A stretch of DNA of 64,000 nucleotides from Klebsormidium nitens (Eukaryota > Plantae > Klebsormidiophyceae): the NCBI GenBank assembly GCA_000708835.1, contig DF237124.1:62001-126000 (forward strand). Direction: 5' to 3'. Each line of letters opens with the position of its first letter. Within the stretch, counting starts at the first letter, position 1. The position numbers were made by a program, and so were the translations under genes. The notes below the pieces were generated by a model, which was not told the origin of the DNA, searched no databases, and saw nothing but the letters and a program-made list of their open reading frames with translations. This document shows positions 1 through 13,798 of this stretch, piece after piece.

Positions 1-128
1 TCTGGTGAGCATTGAACCATTCTATTTTCGCTTCAATACTGCACTTCTCACAGGAGGGAGGCGGAATCCAACCCTGCACTAGACGCGTTTCCTACCTGGT
101 TTTGTCCTGACTTGAGCTCTTGGTGCAG

Positions 129-313
129 GCCCACTCCTCAGCTTGGAAGGGACCACAGGACCGTGTTGCGGAATGGTGGCATGGCCCTGCCTGGCATGCT
201 TCTTTGACTTCTCGTACCGGCTGTGTCTCTGGGTCTTACATACAATTGTGCACCCAGAGGACGGAGAAGCAAACCGCCGGGAAGAGGCCGGAGCTCTCAA
301 GCAGGAGAGTTGA
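129..313 (+). CDS. Probable last exon of an unidentified gene entering from upstream (possible membrane protein C-terminus)
   Basis: Donor-like G|gtgagc at 4/5 and acceptor tggtgcag| at 128. The phase-1 frame gives (G)PLLSLEGTTGPCCGMVAWPCLACFFDFSYRLCLWVLHTIVHPEDGEANRREEAGALKQES* (TGA 311-313), a hydrophobic stretch followed by a charged tail. Family not recognised and the frame is inferred. Confidence 0.35.
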
Positions 314-1458
314 GTACTGCAGTCCAAAAGTGCACAACTGGCAGTGGCAGCCATGGGGAAACTTTAGCTGGACCGCTAGCTAGAGAATGGTCACAAACGC
401 GACGATGAAAATCGGAGGGCTTCGCTGTCTTGACTTTCACAAATGGTGACCAGCCTGCTGGAACATGAATCATGATGGTCATGATGGAGGAGAAGCTGGC
501 TGCTGTGCTCTTCTCTGAAGACTAGTCCTACAGCCTTCACACTTTGAACACGCCTGAATCAATGCTGTTGCTGGACACGTCAGGATGCGCGTTGAACCGT
601 CCATTCTGGATATCTTGACTTATCGACGGTCAACATCTGAAACAGATATCTTGAACTCCGTATCCACCATGGCCGGGAAGTGCTCCAGCTACAGAAAGCC
701 TGGCCCGGAGGGCAGTCAACCTAGGAGCTGGCCGGATGTTAGAATTTGACGTCATGCAGAGACGTTGTGATGGGCAAACGAAAGCTCTTTAGCCTTGGCC
801 CTAGCTGGAGGATAATGCCATATACTTCCTAAGCTGAGAGATAGCATGGCAGGCCCGCCTAGTGGTGAGTCACAACTAGTTATAAACCCTTAGTGCAACG
901 TCACTACAGCTATCTGACCATGGCACTCGACACTAGCTAAACCTAAAGAATCGCCCATGCAAGTGATTAAATTTCTGAGAAACTTTCACCAGATGTACGT
1001 CGCATGAATGACAATTTGCGAATCAAAGCTCTTGCACAGATGCTGGTTGCATGGCTGTGTGAGATGCGTTGTTTGCAAAAGGCTGCGTACCTTGTACTTC
1101 GTCCATGTGTAGAGCGGACAGATGATTGATGATCTAATTTCAACTTGAAGTAACAGCTTAGGAGTCCGCAGCTGTGACCTTTACTCTTACTTTTGGCATG
1201 CAACCCTTTCCGTGCTTTCCACGGACCTGAGAATCGAGTGCGAACACAAGTCGCTCTTGCCACTTGAAAGAGGACAACGAACGTGGGTGATTATCAGGAG
1301 ATGGGTATGCAAACGTTTGGATGGCAAAGATCACCATAGTGCGAGCGTGTATTGTTGCGTGAGCCTGTTGGTACCATAATGATTGTCAGACGTAAGATTA
1401 TTAGCATTTTCCACCGCCTGAAGCATTCAGTCAACTTCCTTCGCTTCAGCACACAAAA

Positions 1459-4400
1459 CTAGAAGAGCTCGGTGCTGTTGAACTTGTTGTATGCTTCCTG
1501 CAAAGCAGTAAAGAAGGGCTGCAGTCAAAAATTGCTGACAGAGATTACCAAAACCCGATAAAGCACCCCGAAAAGAATGTCAGGACAATCCATCACAATC
1601 CCCGGTAATATTTTGATTGAACGACAATTGACAGCAGACTTGAGAATGGAGATCAAATTGCTGCCAGTCCCTCGCCACGAACTCAGGGTTGCCTCGCACA
1701 TGAAAGCAACAACTTACCTTCAGCAGATCGAACACTTTGCCCGCAATATACTTCTGCTTGACGGTGGCCCCCTTCTGCTGGACCTTGTCCGGGTGCACCC
1801 TGAGAATCGCCTTTTGGTAGACCTTCTTCACAGAATTCCCCCTGGAGGCGAGGACAGAAAAGAGTGTGAAAAAGGTAGATTGCAGCCCTCCAATAGAAGT
1901 GACGATGAGCTGATGCACTTCTCGTAATGTGCTTGACAACTCTCCTTGTGAGATCAGCGACAGAGGCTTTCAGAGGATACATGGGCCACACTGTGCCAAA
2001 CTGGCGCCAAAACCCAAAATGGACAAATACGGAGGATGGTACGAAAGATGCTTACGTGATGAGGTCGCTCATCTGCACCGGGGCCCACTCGCACTCGGGC
2101 CACAGCACCTGCAACAAGCAGAACCTCAGTATCATGCGATACATCCCTTACTGGATTGAGGATCAGATCCTTGGTGACCAATTCACACGTCAACCAACGC
2201 AGACTGTTTCTACATGTCCTTCTTGCCAACGCACTCCAGCGAGAATGCCGACAAACTTCGAACACTGAAACGTCGACAGCTTTGCATGCATGTTGCGGCG
2301 CTGTCAGTGTACAACCTTCCGTTTGCTAAACGGTGCGTTCAACATCACTTACAAATTGGAGCGTCGACAGAAGCGCTCGCAAGTTGCCCTCCTTTCCTGA
2401 GGCCCACTGTTTGATGTAGCCGCCGTAAAGCTCGTCGCATTTCTGCAAGACATGAAACGATGGTCAAAAACCATGAACAGAGGATACATTCCTTTTTGCT
2501 GCCAGCTAACCCATGCTTGGCAGCTACATTACAACTACTATGGTCAACGAGAGTTGGCTGACGTGGTGCACGGTCCGGTAACAGAAGGACGGGTTCCTTC
2601 TAATGATGATCACGACTCTATACGGAAGATATCTGCACGGATGCAAAGAAGTAGAAGATGCTCACGTGACGTTCGTCGGCCTCCGAGGCTTGCTTGTCGT
2701 CGACCTCCTGTTTCGCACGAAGCGCTGCGTCCTGTTGGAAAGGAAGAGAAGGGGTTTTTAGTGGACCGAACGCGAGCAACAGCCAGCGTTCAGCGTCTCG
2801 CGTGTTCCTAAATTGAGACAATCTCTGCATTTGCTGCCTGTGGCGCACGCAGATGGCTCAGGATCACCCAAAACAGAGCTTGAAAATCAAGAACGGCACA
2901 AAACGCAAAGGACGTAGTTTCAAAGCTGCAAACACAATCAAGGTGTTTCCAGATGAAAAAAGAAATTAAGTCGGGCATAACGACAGACGAAGATGTCACC
3001 AGCCCTCAGGCCGCGCCTTTCCCGCATTTCTGCCATGCTGCTTCAAGCCCCAAATCTTTGCAGAAACAACACTCGTGCAACAAGCCTTTCTTGTCTCAGA
3101 TCGACCGCTCGCTCTTCTCCAAGCTCGAAAACTGCATGATCAAACATCGCTTGTGCACAGCCCTTCCAAAACTCTGACTCACCGCCCGCTCCTTGAGGCG
3201 CTCGGCCTTGGCAATCTTGGCCTTGCGCCGCTCCTCGCTGTCCCCGGCCTCGATGCCGGCGTCGGCCTCGGGGTCCGCCACGCCAAACGCGGAACCCCAG
3301 TCGGGAGTCTGCAAGCCGCTTAAGTCGTTTGCGGAACGCGAGCTTGGCTTCTGCTTGCTGCCAGCAAGGTCGTCCGTTGCCGAAGCTGCGGGGAAAGGAG
3401 AAAATCCTGAGCGCTTGCGGGTTAATGTTGACCTCGCACCAGAAAGCAGATTGATCTCCGCTTGCGCCTTTTGCGGAAGTTGTGATCCAAAGAATTCGGA
3501 GCTTTCAGCGCTTGCGAAGTTCGTATAAAATGAACGGAAACAGAGCGCGGCTTTTTGCTTGCTGCAGGCGAGGGAACAAGGCAGGCGATACTTCTGTTTG
3601 ACGATCGATGGCTAAAAAGGAAAAAAAATTCCGCGGAATGATCCGTCGCCGAAGCTGAGGGAGAGAACCGACAACGCCAACTAGGGAGGCGCCTGTTGCA
3701 GAAGATCCAGCCTGTTGCGGAAGATCCAGCGGCTAGAAGTCAATGTGTACAGTTCAAATTCACTGGAACACAGGTCAACTACGTACCCGCCATCATGTCT
3801 AAAGTATCCGCATTTGCAATTCGCCGGCAAGTCGAAGACATGTCACGCACGGCCTCAAGGTCAGCAGCATGCAGTCGGCTCCTCTCAAAACCATTCTCTG
3901 ATTCAAGAGCACTTCGATATGCAGAAGACATCGGCTAAGTTGCTTGCTTCCTGTGCATGATGCACCTTAAGAAATCCGGATTTCACGCAAAAACTTACTT
4001 CTTCTGCTCCCCGTCCCAAACAAGTCCTCGACGGACGAGTACGACTTGGGAGCATCCTGGCTGCTGTGCATGAGGTCAGGCTGCACCAGAAGAGCAAGGT
4101 AAGCTCCCATAAGAGGGCAGATCTCAGTATAAGAACACAACCGTTCGCGACAGGGCTCGAAAACGACACCAGCTTGGATACAGTCCAGCTTGGACTAGAC
4201 GTCTTGCATGACACACACGACAGATAGCGAGCGAACGTTCGCCCCAGAGAAAAAACCTTGGCTTCTCCACTGCAGTCTACTAGAGAACCAGGACTCACCT
4301 CTGCGGGTTTACTGGAACGCCTCGGGGGGGCGCTAAAGAAGTCAGCCGTCTGCGATTGCGGCTGAGGTGCAGGCTTTGCTGCCGGTCGGGGGGGCGCGTT

Positions 4401-7400
4401 GTTGGACGGCCGCCGCTCCCGTGCCGGCGGCTCCGAGCTGGCACTCGACTTTGCTTGCTCCCGCTCCTCGCGCTGCTTGCGCTCGTAGGCAGCCTTGTGT
4501 CGGGCCTGGACAGAGATACCATCCGTTTCGGTCCTGGATCTCTTCTGCCGAGCCTGGACAGAGATACCGTCCATTTAGACCAAAAATGTCTTTGTGGGGG
4601 GCCTAGACAGGGGAGCCATCGGTTAGGCAACACATGTCCCTTCTTCTCTTAGTCCAGGAAGGCGACCTAAGGAAATTCGGCGTGTCTTTTCTAGGAGCCC
4701 TAATCTGCCGTCAATAATGTTTCAATAAATCCCGTCATTATTGTATGCATTTACGCGTATGCTTTGACAGCAATAGCATCAACCCTAACCCCTGAATTCT
4801 TCCAGCCAGTCACTGGACCGCAGCAGCGACACCGTAAGAGTCGATTGACGGTGTATTTGGGCAGGAGGGCTTCAGGCTTTTGAGGGTTGCTTGTTGGGAG
4901 GGGATGCAAACACCTTTCTATGGCCGACTTGATCCTGACAATTCCAAGGCTCCAGATTCCAAGTCAGGAACACATGAAGGGCGGAGCTGCGATTAGCCGG
5001 ATAAGACCTTCCTCGAAGCTGGCAGCTCAGCGTCTGATTGACAGCGTAGCATACAAAAAGGCCCCCAAACCCATCAATTCGAGGACCTTACCTGCGCACG
5101 CTCCAGCGCAGCCGCCATGGCCGCTGCCGAGGCAGACGCCGCGCTCGCGGCCCCCTTGGTGTCCGGATCCTCAAACGTCGGCGTGCTCTCTCCTGACTGC
5201 GTCCGTGGCGTCCCCTGGTTCGACTTGTCCCCGTCCGAGCTCCGCGCGCTGTTTGAGGACCGCGAAAACCCGCTGAAGAAGCTGCCGCTGCCCTGCGACT
5301 GCGGCGGGGGGGTGGAGGTGCTCCGAGGGGCGGACGCAGAGCGCTGGGGGTCAGCGGCGGGGAACGGCGAAGCGCGGCTCTGAGAGGCGGCCTGCTGGGC
5401 CTGCAATGAAGAATTGTAATGAGAGGGGACCGAGATTGGGAAAAGGGTCTCTGTCTCCAGCTTGGTAACCCGCTTGTCTCGAGCACGCAGACTGGTATGG
5501 GACGAGTAAGGTCGCTAAGCTGATGCCCATACCAGTAAGGTCGCTAAGCTGATGACGCACAGGGCTTGGGCCTTCCGGAAATGCATCCTTGACGACTCTT
5601 GCATGCGAGGAGATGACGGAATTCATTCTGCAGAGACATAGCTAAGGGGCCTGATTCCTTCTGTTAGACTGTACTGGGTATTACACAGTGACTGACCAGC
5701 ATAGACAAACTTATCGTTACAGAAGCGATGCTGCTTTGCACTGTGATTTTTGAGCAACGTACCATCTTCCGAATCTGCATCACAAGCAGCTCGGATTACC
5801 GACTCAACGACTCGTACCTCTTTGTATGAGGGGGGTGGGGGCTGCGAGCGGCGGGACTCAAACGAGGGCCGCCGTTCTTCTCCTGGCTTGCTGGGGGGCA
5901 TGCGCAGCGGCGGGGGCGCCTTGGTCGGCTTCGTTCTCAGGACAATCTGATCAACAGTCAGGAACTGAGGCCCCGCACTGACTGGCGCAACGGGGACACT
6001 TTGAGCTGAAGACTCCTCTTTCCTTGAGGGCTCCGTCTTATTAGCCGACCTGCAGTCGATGAAGGGACGGGCTCAGATGGCGCTCTCTGATGTCAGGACA
6101 ACCAGTGAAGCATATTCTGGATCGCGGTGGTGCGGGCATGCAGCTGCTCGGCACAGGCCGTTGATTCTAACACTCTACCTAATCTTGCAGCAGTCCTGCA
6201 TCCTCGATTCCCTCCCGCTCGACTTTAATGGCTATATCCGCATATCATATGGGAGAGGAAAAGCCCAAACAACATTACGACTGCATCATCAGCCGGCCTT
6301 CTGACTTCAGCATACAGTGAGAAGCAGGCAATCAGAACACAACAACATGCACGACCTTGGCAAAGTCAATGGAGCGCGCATACCTTGCCGCGTTACTGAC
6401 TGGAGCCACTTTCGGTACATCTGCAGCTTTAGCCGGAGCAGTGTCCGCAGGTTTCGCGGCCCGTCCCTCATTTGCACCGGACCGGTTTTGGCTGCTGACG
6501 GGCTTAGTCGCTGCCGGAACTGGCGCCGGCATGCCCCAGTCATCGAAGGCGGACGTCGGCGGAGCACTAGGGGCACCATTGGAAGCTGCAACCCCTGGAA
6601 ACCCTCCGAACGGATCCGAGGTGGAGGACGCAAAATCGTCCAGAGGATCTGAGTCACCGTACAGATCTGGGACCTTGGGCGCGGTGCTCGCTTTTGCAGA
6701 GGGCCTGCCAACAAGCAGGGCTCAGATTGTCATTTGACAGGCTCGATCCAGTCAATGTCCGCAATGAATGCCAGGCAACTGTAGGCTGCCTTTGGAGCAC
6801 AATGTCGTATGTCACAAATGAGGAGAAAGCCAAAGCCAACCAGCAAGAGGAACCAAGGACAGCAACACACCCTCTGCCAGCTTTAGCTGCGCTCTCCTCC
6901 TTAAGTGCCAAACTCAAATCGCACGTTGCCCGGACCACACCTTGAATTGGCCGGCAGCTGACAATCTAACAGATGACCAACTCTCCTGGTGAGGCAGTCC
7001 CATGTGTCATTGATCTACCATCAAGTTAAGAGAGAACCGCTCAAGAATCTGCTTGAATGACCAGGTGGGGACTAGCAAGTCCTGTCCTTGGAACACTTGA
7101 GGTACTCTGTTGTGACCAGAATGCATGTCACCTCCAATCAAGATCACGACGAGCGAAAAGCTGTTAATGCGGTCCACATAGTGTCATTTTGAGCCGACAT
7201 GAATGCAAAAAGACCAGCATAGACACTACCTATACATCAAGCAACCCTAATTTTCAGCATTTGGGAAGGGGGCACTCCATGCTCTTGCAGGATTGCAAAA
7301 CTTAATACATGTTCGGCTCGATCATGAGGCATGCAACCCAGTTCTCGACTCAGCATTCCCCACAAACAAGCATGGCAAGACATGATGAATACTAGATGGA

Positions 7401-8096
7401 TCAATCCGTGCTTTTGAAGTATTTCCAACGACTTAAGAAAAGTCTCAGGGCATCCTCTCACCTTGCAGATGGCTGCCCTGTGCCCAAACCTCCTAGAATG
7501 TCATCCTCGCCGGCAGCTGCAGACTTCTGCGGTCTCGCAGCGCGGTTCGACCTCGAGCCTCCAAGATTGCCGAGCAGATCATCCATTTTGAGTCCGGCAT
7601 TCGTGCTGCTGCTGGGTGTTCCCATCCCAAAAACATCATCACTTGGACCCTGTGCACTAGGAACCCCGCCTCCAAGGCCACCAAAGATGTCATCCTCAGC
7701 AACCGCGGCAGGCGGCTTTCCTACATCCCCGAACAATTTATCATACCCCGAGGTCTCTGTAGCCTCTGTCCGATTTGGACTAGTTGATGCACTCGCTGCT
7801 TGAGACAAATCTGCAAAGACATCCCTTGGAGGATCAAAGATGCCGGCAGTACTTGGAGCAGGAGCAGTCCCAAAGTTATCTGGGATATCCAATTTAGGGC
7901 CGGTCCCACCCCTTGTTGATCCAGAGCCACTTGGTGCAGGCCTGGTGCCAAAGGTTGATAAGCCAGGCCCTGCTCGGCCATTGCTGCTTGGATTGACTGG
8001 CTTCGCCGCACCCTGAGCCCGGCTCATGGGCGCTGCCTTCCCACTAGGCCGCAACCCAAAGTTGCTCTGCAGGATGTTGGCAAAGTCATCCCCCAT
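1459..8096 (-). CDS. Auxilin-like (auxilin-related) J-domain protein, clathrin-uncoating co-chaperone; multi-exon
   Basis: N-terminus [24 protein letters not shown] (ATG 8096-8094) resembles plant auxilin-related proteins. C-terminal exons splice at canonical GT-AG sites to ...[10 protein letters not shown]...[20 protein letters not shown]|[18 protein letters not shown]|[41 protein letters not shown]|[12 protein letters not shown] (stop 1461-1459), with the HPD J-domain motif intact. Confidence 0.93.
3692..3729. repeat. 19-bp tandem duplication in an auxilin intron
   Basis: cctgttgcagaagatccag followed by cctgttgcggaagatccag (1 mismatch). Confidence 0.85.
4505..4575 (-). repeat. Duplicated splice acceptor, 48 nt apart, in the auxilin gene
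   Basis: On the minus strand ggtatctctgtccag|GC(T/C)CG(G/A)CA occurs twice, with exon starts at 4553 and 4505. Confidence 0.8.
5505..5554. repeat. 21-bp direct repeat in an auxilin intron
   Basis: agtaaggtcgctaagctgatg at 5505-5525 and 5534-5554. Confidence 0.85.
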
Positions 8097-9130
8097 TTCG
8101 ATCGCTTCGTGTTCTCCTGTCAACAACAAAGTAGATACAAAGGACCCGTCTGTAACGTGCTGCCTTCTTTAGCAAACTACAGCGGCGCCCTGACCCTACC
8201 TGACCCACATGAACCGACTGGAACCCTCCACTGGCGTCACCAACTTCGCATGAACGCTGCGGAGGCTGACCAGCGCCGCTATCAATTGAATTGATGGCCT
8301 GCTCTGCAGCAGAACCCTAGCCCGCATGACCTTGCCTGCCCTCCAGGCCCCATGGGCGCCCTGCAGAGACGCCATATGCAGCCAGCCATAAGCCATGCTC
8401 CTGACAACTAGGGCGGAAACGAGCTTTTAACACCTTCAAGTGACGTACGGTCGGAGGCTTGGATCGGAGATCGATGATTGACTGGCAGGATCTGCGATGA
8501 CGTCACACGCGGCCACTGTTGTTGTTTGCCAAGTTCCAACAGGCTTGAAGGCCCGGCCCGCTTGAAGGCCAATGCAAGACGTTTGGCCGCCATTGCAACC
8601 GTGACGAGATGGTTAAAGATGGATAAGATGGAAGAATGATGTTCATATACCTATGGATTATGTAGGATGTCCTACACGTTATGGTCTCTGCTTGGTCTAT
8701 AATGTTCATGATATTCAAATATTCGAAATATGTCTCATGTCATGTTGCTCTATTGTTAGTATTAAACCGCTCAGTTTATAGAATGCCAGCCTACTAAAGT
8801 AGCCATCAGCCTCGTCGTAGGACTCATTCAAGATATTTACCCTGATGCCCAACAACACTGCAGCCGATCCATGCGGACAGGCTGCACCATGCGGACAGGC
8901 TAAGCTATATCCGCTAATTATGCCATGCATGCCGAAACTTTGATCAACAAACACCAAAAAATTGCAAATATGTGGAAAGCTGAAAGACCTAGTTCGTAAT
9001 ACAGCATGTGCTTTTCGGGGGATGCTTCGATCCTCCCGTACATAAGGGTTGCTTGCACAACGTCCCTCTGCTTCATTCGCATTCAAGGAGAAATCGTGGC
9101 AAGATGTGATAAATACAAGATACTGCTTTG

Positions 9131-11433
9131 TCAAAGGCCCATTTCCTTTTTCAAGCTTGCCAACAACTCCTCAATATCATCCCCTTTCTTCTTGTGATCC
9201 TTCTCGTTCCTCCGACCGCCTGTGCCGGGACCATCTTCTCTCTTCGAACTTTCCGGTTTCTGCTGATCCCGACTGGATTCCGTTCGCGGAGCCCCAGTGC
9301 CGTCAGCTGACGGACTGCTTTTCCGTTGTTCGGTTCGCTTTTTACTCTCCTTCTCGTCCAACCCCAACTCCTGTTCCAAGAACTCTACAAACTCCTCCCC
9401 AACTTCCTGCACAGTGCAACACACAAATCGACCTCAACCTACTCCAATTCATGGTATAAGGGGTCGACGAGATTGCTCCGCTCAACCTCGTGTTAAATCT
9501 GAACACTTCGTTTTTGGAGTTCGAGCGTCTCAGAGTTCGCAAAATGAAAGACGTATATAGACGGGTGTCTGCATAATTGTAAGACTCGCTTCCTGATTAC
9601 ATCATCATAGAAAAGCTGAAGTTTTCAGAGGTGCTTTCTAAGAACGTTCTTAGATAGTCACTCCTGTCAACATCGACATAAAATCCCATAAACCGAAAAG
9701 CGCTCATTCAGGGCAAAATAGCCCGTCGAGTCCATGCTCTACATATATCCAGATTATTTCACTTTGCAACCACGTATCCACAAATGATGGTCGATACCGA
9801 CGGGCAAAGTCGCCAGAAAAAGTGTCACTCACCGCCATCTCCTCCCAAAGACTCTTCGGCGCTTCCGACGAACCCCGGTCACTCTGCCAACCCTCCACCT
9901 CCTTTTGCAAGTCACGAAAGAAGTCCCCTGCAATGTCAATCCAAGCACAGCTGAACTTCTCAAAGAGCGAAGAATGACAGACCGTTGGGTGAATAATAGC
10001 AGTTTGGTATCCTACAGAGCTGCAAACCAGCATCAAACGGCAGCTTCACAACACTTGGACCCGCCGGACTCCAAGCGTTTCAAAGCGAGACGCACAGGAC
10101 GACAAAGCCTATGGGAGGAACAACTGAGCAGCAGCCCTGCCTGTGCGTCGCCCGAGCTGAATGACGTCTTCTGAAACGTCTCGGAAGAGATCCCCTGCAG
10201 GGAGCGCAGCGCGTGCAACTCAGCTGCCAATACAGACAAGAATCTTTCACAATTCTAAAACAACAACTCTGAGAAGCTAACAAAAAGCTAGGAACAGTGC
10301 ATCATGCCCTGCGCTTACAAGTCAGCTCACCAAGCCCGTAGAACTCTTCTTCCTCTTGCTTGCCCCCCGTTGTCCTCTTCTTTTTGTATCCGAAGGGGTC
10401 AAGTGGATCCCAATCTGTAGCGCCCCCGCTGGGGAAGCCCCAAGCGCCGCCCCGTAACTCAGAATCGTACTGGGACCGGCTCTTCGAATCAGACAAAGTG
10501 GTGTACGCTTGCTTGATTTTCACAAACACCGCCTCGGCATTTTTCTGCGGGCCACAGGAAGGGGGAAAATGTTACACCTTGCAACTTCCTTTTGAGATGG
10601 CAGTCAGGAAAGTGCCCTACTTACAGAAGTGGATTGGCAATGAAGACCAATTGGCCAGGATCTGAAGGAGTTCTTGCAAGTCCAACCTTGTTACAGGTTT
10701 ATGAACGCAGTGCGAAGCAAAAGAAACTGTCCACTCTTCCTGCCCCAAGATACCGATTAGCAATTAAGAACCTTTCCTTCTTAACTTGAGGCCACCACCA
10801 CCCTTTGAAGAGGGGCTGAAGGAGATGGGGCGAGGAAACTTGGAAACTTTGGAATATAAGAAAGACACGCACCTCCTTGTTTACATCTGGATGGTACTTC
10901 AGTGCCATCCGGCGGTACGCTTTCTTTATCTCTTTGTCATCTGCACTCTCAGGAACCCCCAGAAGTTCATAGTAACTTTTCCCATCGCTGTCCCGGGCCG
11001 CAGCATGAACACGCCAATTTCTCCGTCGCCCCCCTGGATCGATGCTGGCATTCTTCCGTAACAGAGGCCCCCGGCCTTGTCCTCTTCTCCGCAAAGAGAG
11101 CCCCCCCTTCAGATCAATCGGCACCAGCGATTCAAGATTGCTCAAACGGCTGCGAGCTGGACACCTTCTCAACCCACTTGAGGCGAAGTGTCCACAAGTA
11201 GAAGGGGTACCTTCGAGAAGGGGAGCAGCAGAGCAACTCTGAGGAAAGCCTGAGTGGACCCCCCCCCTCAACTTGTCATCGGCTTGCAGTCCTGCATGCA
11301 GGGTAGCTGTTGAAAGCCGGCGCCCTGCTGTCTGTGCCGGGGTGACCCGCCCGGTCCGCTGATAGTGAGGGCACGCTACTGTGGTTGCTAAAGCTGCCCC
11401 GGCTTCCCAAATAAGTGCTGCTGTGCACCCCAT
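9131..11433 (-). CDS. DnaJ-domain (type III/C) protein with probable plastid transit peptide; 4 exons
   Basis: A long S/R/A-rich leader precedes [35 protein letters not shown]|[27 protein letters not shown]...EEEFYGLG|DFFRDLQ...PKSLWEEMA|[15 protein letters not shown]...[16 protein letters not shown]. The C-terminal motifs resemble the plant At5g59610-type J-protein family. The start Met (11433) is inferred. Confidence 0.88.
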
Positions 11434-12003
11434 CCAAGCAACGGTTGCAAGCCCTGAAGCTGACGATCTGCAACTCCCTGATGGTGCGTACTCCACCTTC
11501 TGAGGGAGGTGGCCTCCTGTCCTGCGCTGCAACGCCTCCTCATTTGAACTTGAAGAGCTCTGGAGTCTAGAGTCTAGACCACTAGTACAGGTAGGTAGAG
11601 CAGCTCTGCGTTAACCTTTGGGTTATGTCAGTCAGGCAATTTTGAGAAATAGACTCAAGAGTCCTCATTTACAGGGTCACAGCCACAAGGTTAACGGTGA
11701 CCATGGGCTGATCATGTCAGCGAGGCGAACTTGAAAGCCTCACCTCAGGCTCAGGCTCAGGGGGTCGAGGAGAAAGTGAGAGCTGTCAAAAGTCGGGGGC
11801 GCTTCTGCTGGTGACAAACACCACGTATCAGACAAACACAACCCAGGCCCAGGGTCTTGCATCAGTAGAGGGTTTTGGGTTAAACGATCATTTACCACGT
11901 GATACCTGCAATATCTTTGTTGACTTTGTGTTGGGCAAGGTGGTATGCGTGGCCCGGCTTGACGCCCTAACGGCTGGACTTGTTTGATTATGTAGGAAGC
12001 AAG

Positions 12004-13798
12004 ATGCCGCTGAATGTCCTCACTGGGCTTTTTAGGGGCATTGGCAGAGCTGTGCCTAAAACAGGAAGGAACCAGCTGACGGGCAAGTATGGAAACAAAA
12101 ACTATTACAAGGGAAAGGGCGCAAAGTCCATGGGGACGCATACTAGGAAAGGTGAGCTTCTTTTCGATTGCCGAAACAACTGGTGTTGGGGTGTGGGATG
12201 ATTTAGTGGTGAAACCAAGCACCACTTTCATAAATCCCTTCAATCATCAGAAGCGTTTGCTCCCTGAATCCTTTCAACGTCAGTTTGTTGGTTAGAGCAA
12301 TGTGTACTCTGGAAAGCTTAGACCACCTCCAAGTTGGACTTTTCATGGTGCTGGGACTTTTTAAGAGTCAGACAGATCTTCTCAAGCAGTAAAGACACTC
12401 TCTACCGACGCCCAGAACTGGCGCGCGAGTTGTGAGCTTGGCTGATTGACCGAAAGAGGGTACACAAAGGGGTTCACACTGTTGAGGATTAAGGAGACCA
12501 AATGGGCCACTTGAGTAAATACCCACTACCACCACCCAACATTACACTGAGGTTTGTTGACCGGTGTAAACAAGGACAAGGTCTCTTACTCGATGTGCGC
12601 AAGCAACATAAAACATGCCACCAAATCTCAGCGGGACCTTTAGTCCAGCTTGAGGGGCACTAAGAAGTTCTGGCCGCACTAACTTAACATAGTCAAATGG
12701 GCTATATTCCTTTTCTTTTCTTGCTGGTCGCTGGTGTCCCTGCCCCTCTCCTTACTTAGTCTTGTCTTGGGGCAGGATCCGGACCAGGCTATCAGTGACC
12801 GCCCGCCAGTATTTGGGGTGTCCGTTATGATCAGCGTTTGCCAAGCTTTCTTCGGTCGAGCATGGCGATCAGCAAGCAGTACATCAGAAGCACACTCACT
12901 GAAGCCGTTCTATGGCAACTGCGTCGCTCGTTTGCTGACAAGCCTGAGAGCCCGTCGACTTGCCCACCTTCTCCTTCCCTGAACTCCGTAAAAGTTTCGA
13001 CTTGCAACCTTTCTTCAAGCCTCCACATAAAGGGGATGCTGACGAGGAGTTCACTTCATTGATAAGCCGAGAGTGACCAAGATATTTTGGACGACTTGGG
13101 CGCCAGTCGTGGCATCACAAATATGCATCTGGTGGCAAGGTGTCCTCGACCATTGAAAGGAAGTTTGCCAAAATGGTTCCACGCGATCTGACCATTTCCA
13201 GACTCTTATCAATCTGACTGTCTGCTCTATTTCGTAAGATGGCTTTCCCACAGTTTCGTCGTACAGGAGGAGCGCCAGGCAAAAATGCCAGATCATTATC
13301 GCCGGGTGCTGAAAACTGGAAAAACGCAATCTCATGAGGTCGTGTTCGAGTTGCAGGTGGCTATGTCATCCAGAATTGGAAAGTTCCAGAATATGTTGTC
13401 CCTGATCTTACAGATTTCGAGGTGAGCGTTCATTGACTGGGTTCGGGTGGTATTCATAATCAAAGGCTCACTGCTCCAGTCAGAATCTGTTGTTTGTCTT
13501 GGATCTGGAGGGAAGTGTGTAAACCTTTTAGATATATGCGGTCCTGTGCTTACATAGATGTCTTTCAAAGCTGGTCGACCCGCTTCTTGTCAACTTTTTA
13601 CATGCTTTTTGGAACCGCCTACCTTCAGAGTTTCGTCATCTATAAGAGCTGTCACAGAAATTTACCCCGGTACCATTAGTCATCAACGCTCTGCTAACAT
13701 GAATTCGGCTTTTCTTGCAGCTAAAGCCTTACGTCTCACATGACACACCAAAATTAGAAGTTTCTAGCGGACAGGGCTCGAAAGATCCACAAACTTGA
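12004..13798 (+). CDS. MRPL41: Mitochondrial ribosomal protein mL41 (L27/L41 family); 3 exons (12004-12151, 13357-13421, 13721-13798)
   Basis: Spliced product MPLNVLTGLFRGIGRAVPKTGRNQLTGKYGNKNYYKGKGAKSMGTHTRK|GGYVIQNWKVPEYVVPDLTDFE|LKPYVSHDTPKLEVSSGQGSKDPQT*. It carries the family motifs GNKxYYKGKG and YVVPDLTDFxLKPYVS, and splice phases are consistent. Confidence 0.93.

Noticed and set aside
1459-11433. Two adjacent J-domain genes as a tandem duplication
   Set aside because: The J-domains are of different classes (C-terminal auxilin type versus N-terminal plastid type) with no similarity outside HPD.
13051-13335. Minus-strand ORF in mL41 intron 1 with faint WD40-like words
   Set aside because: No repeat periodicity, no splice partners, and similarity too weak.
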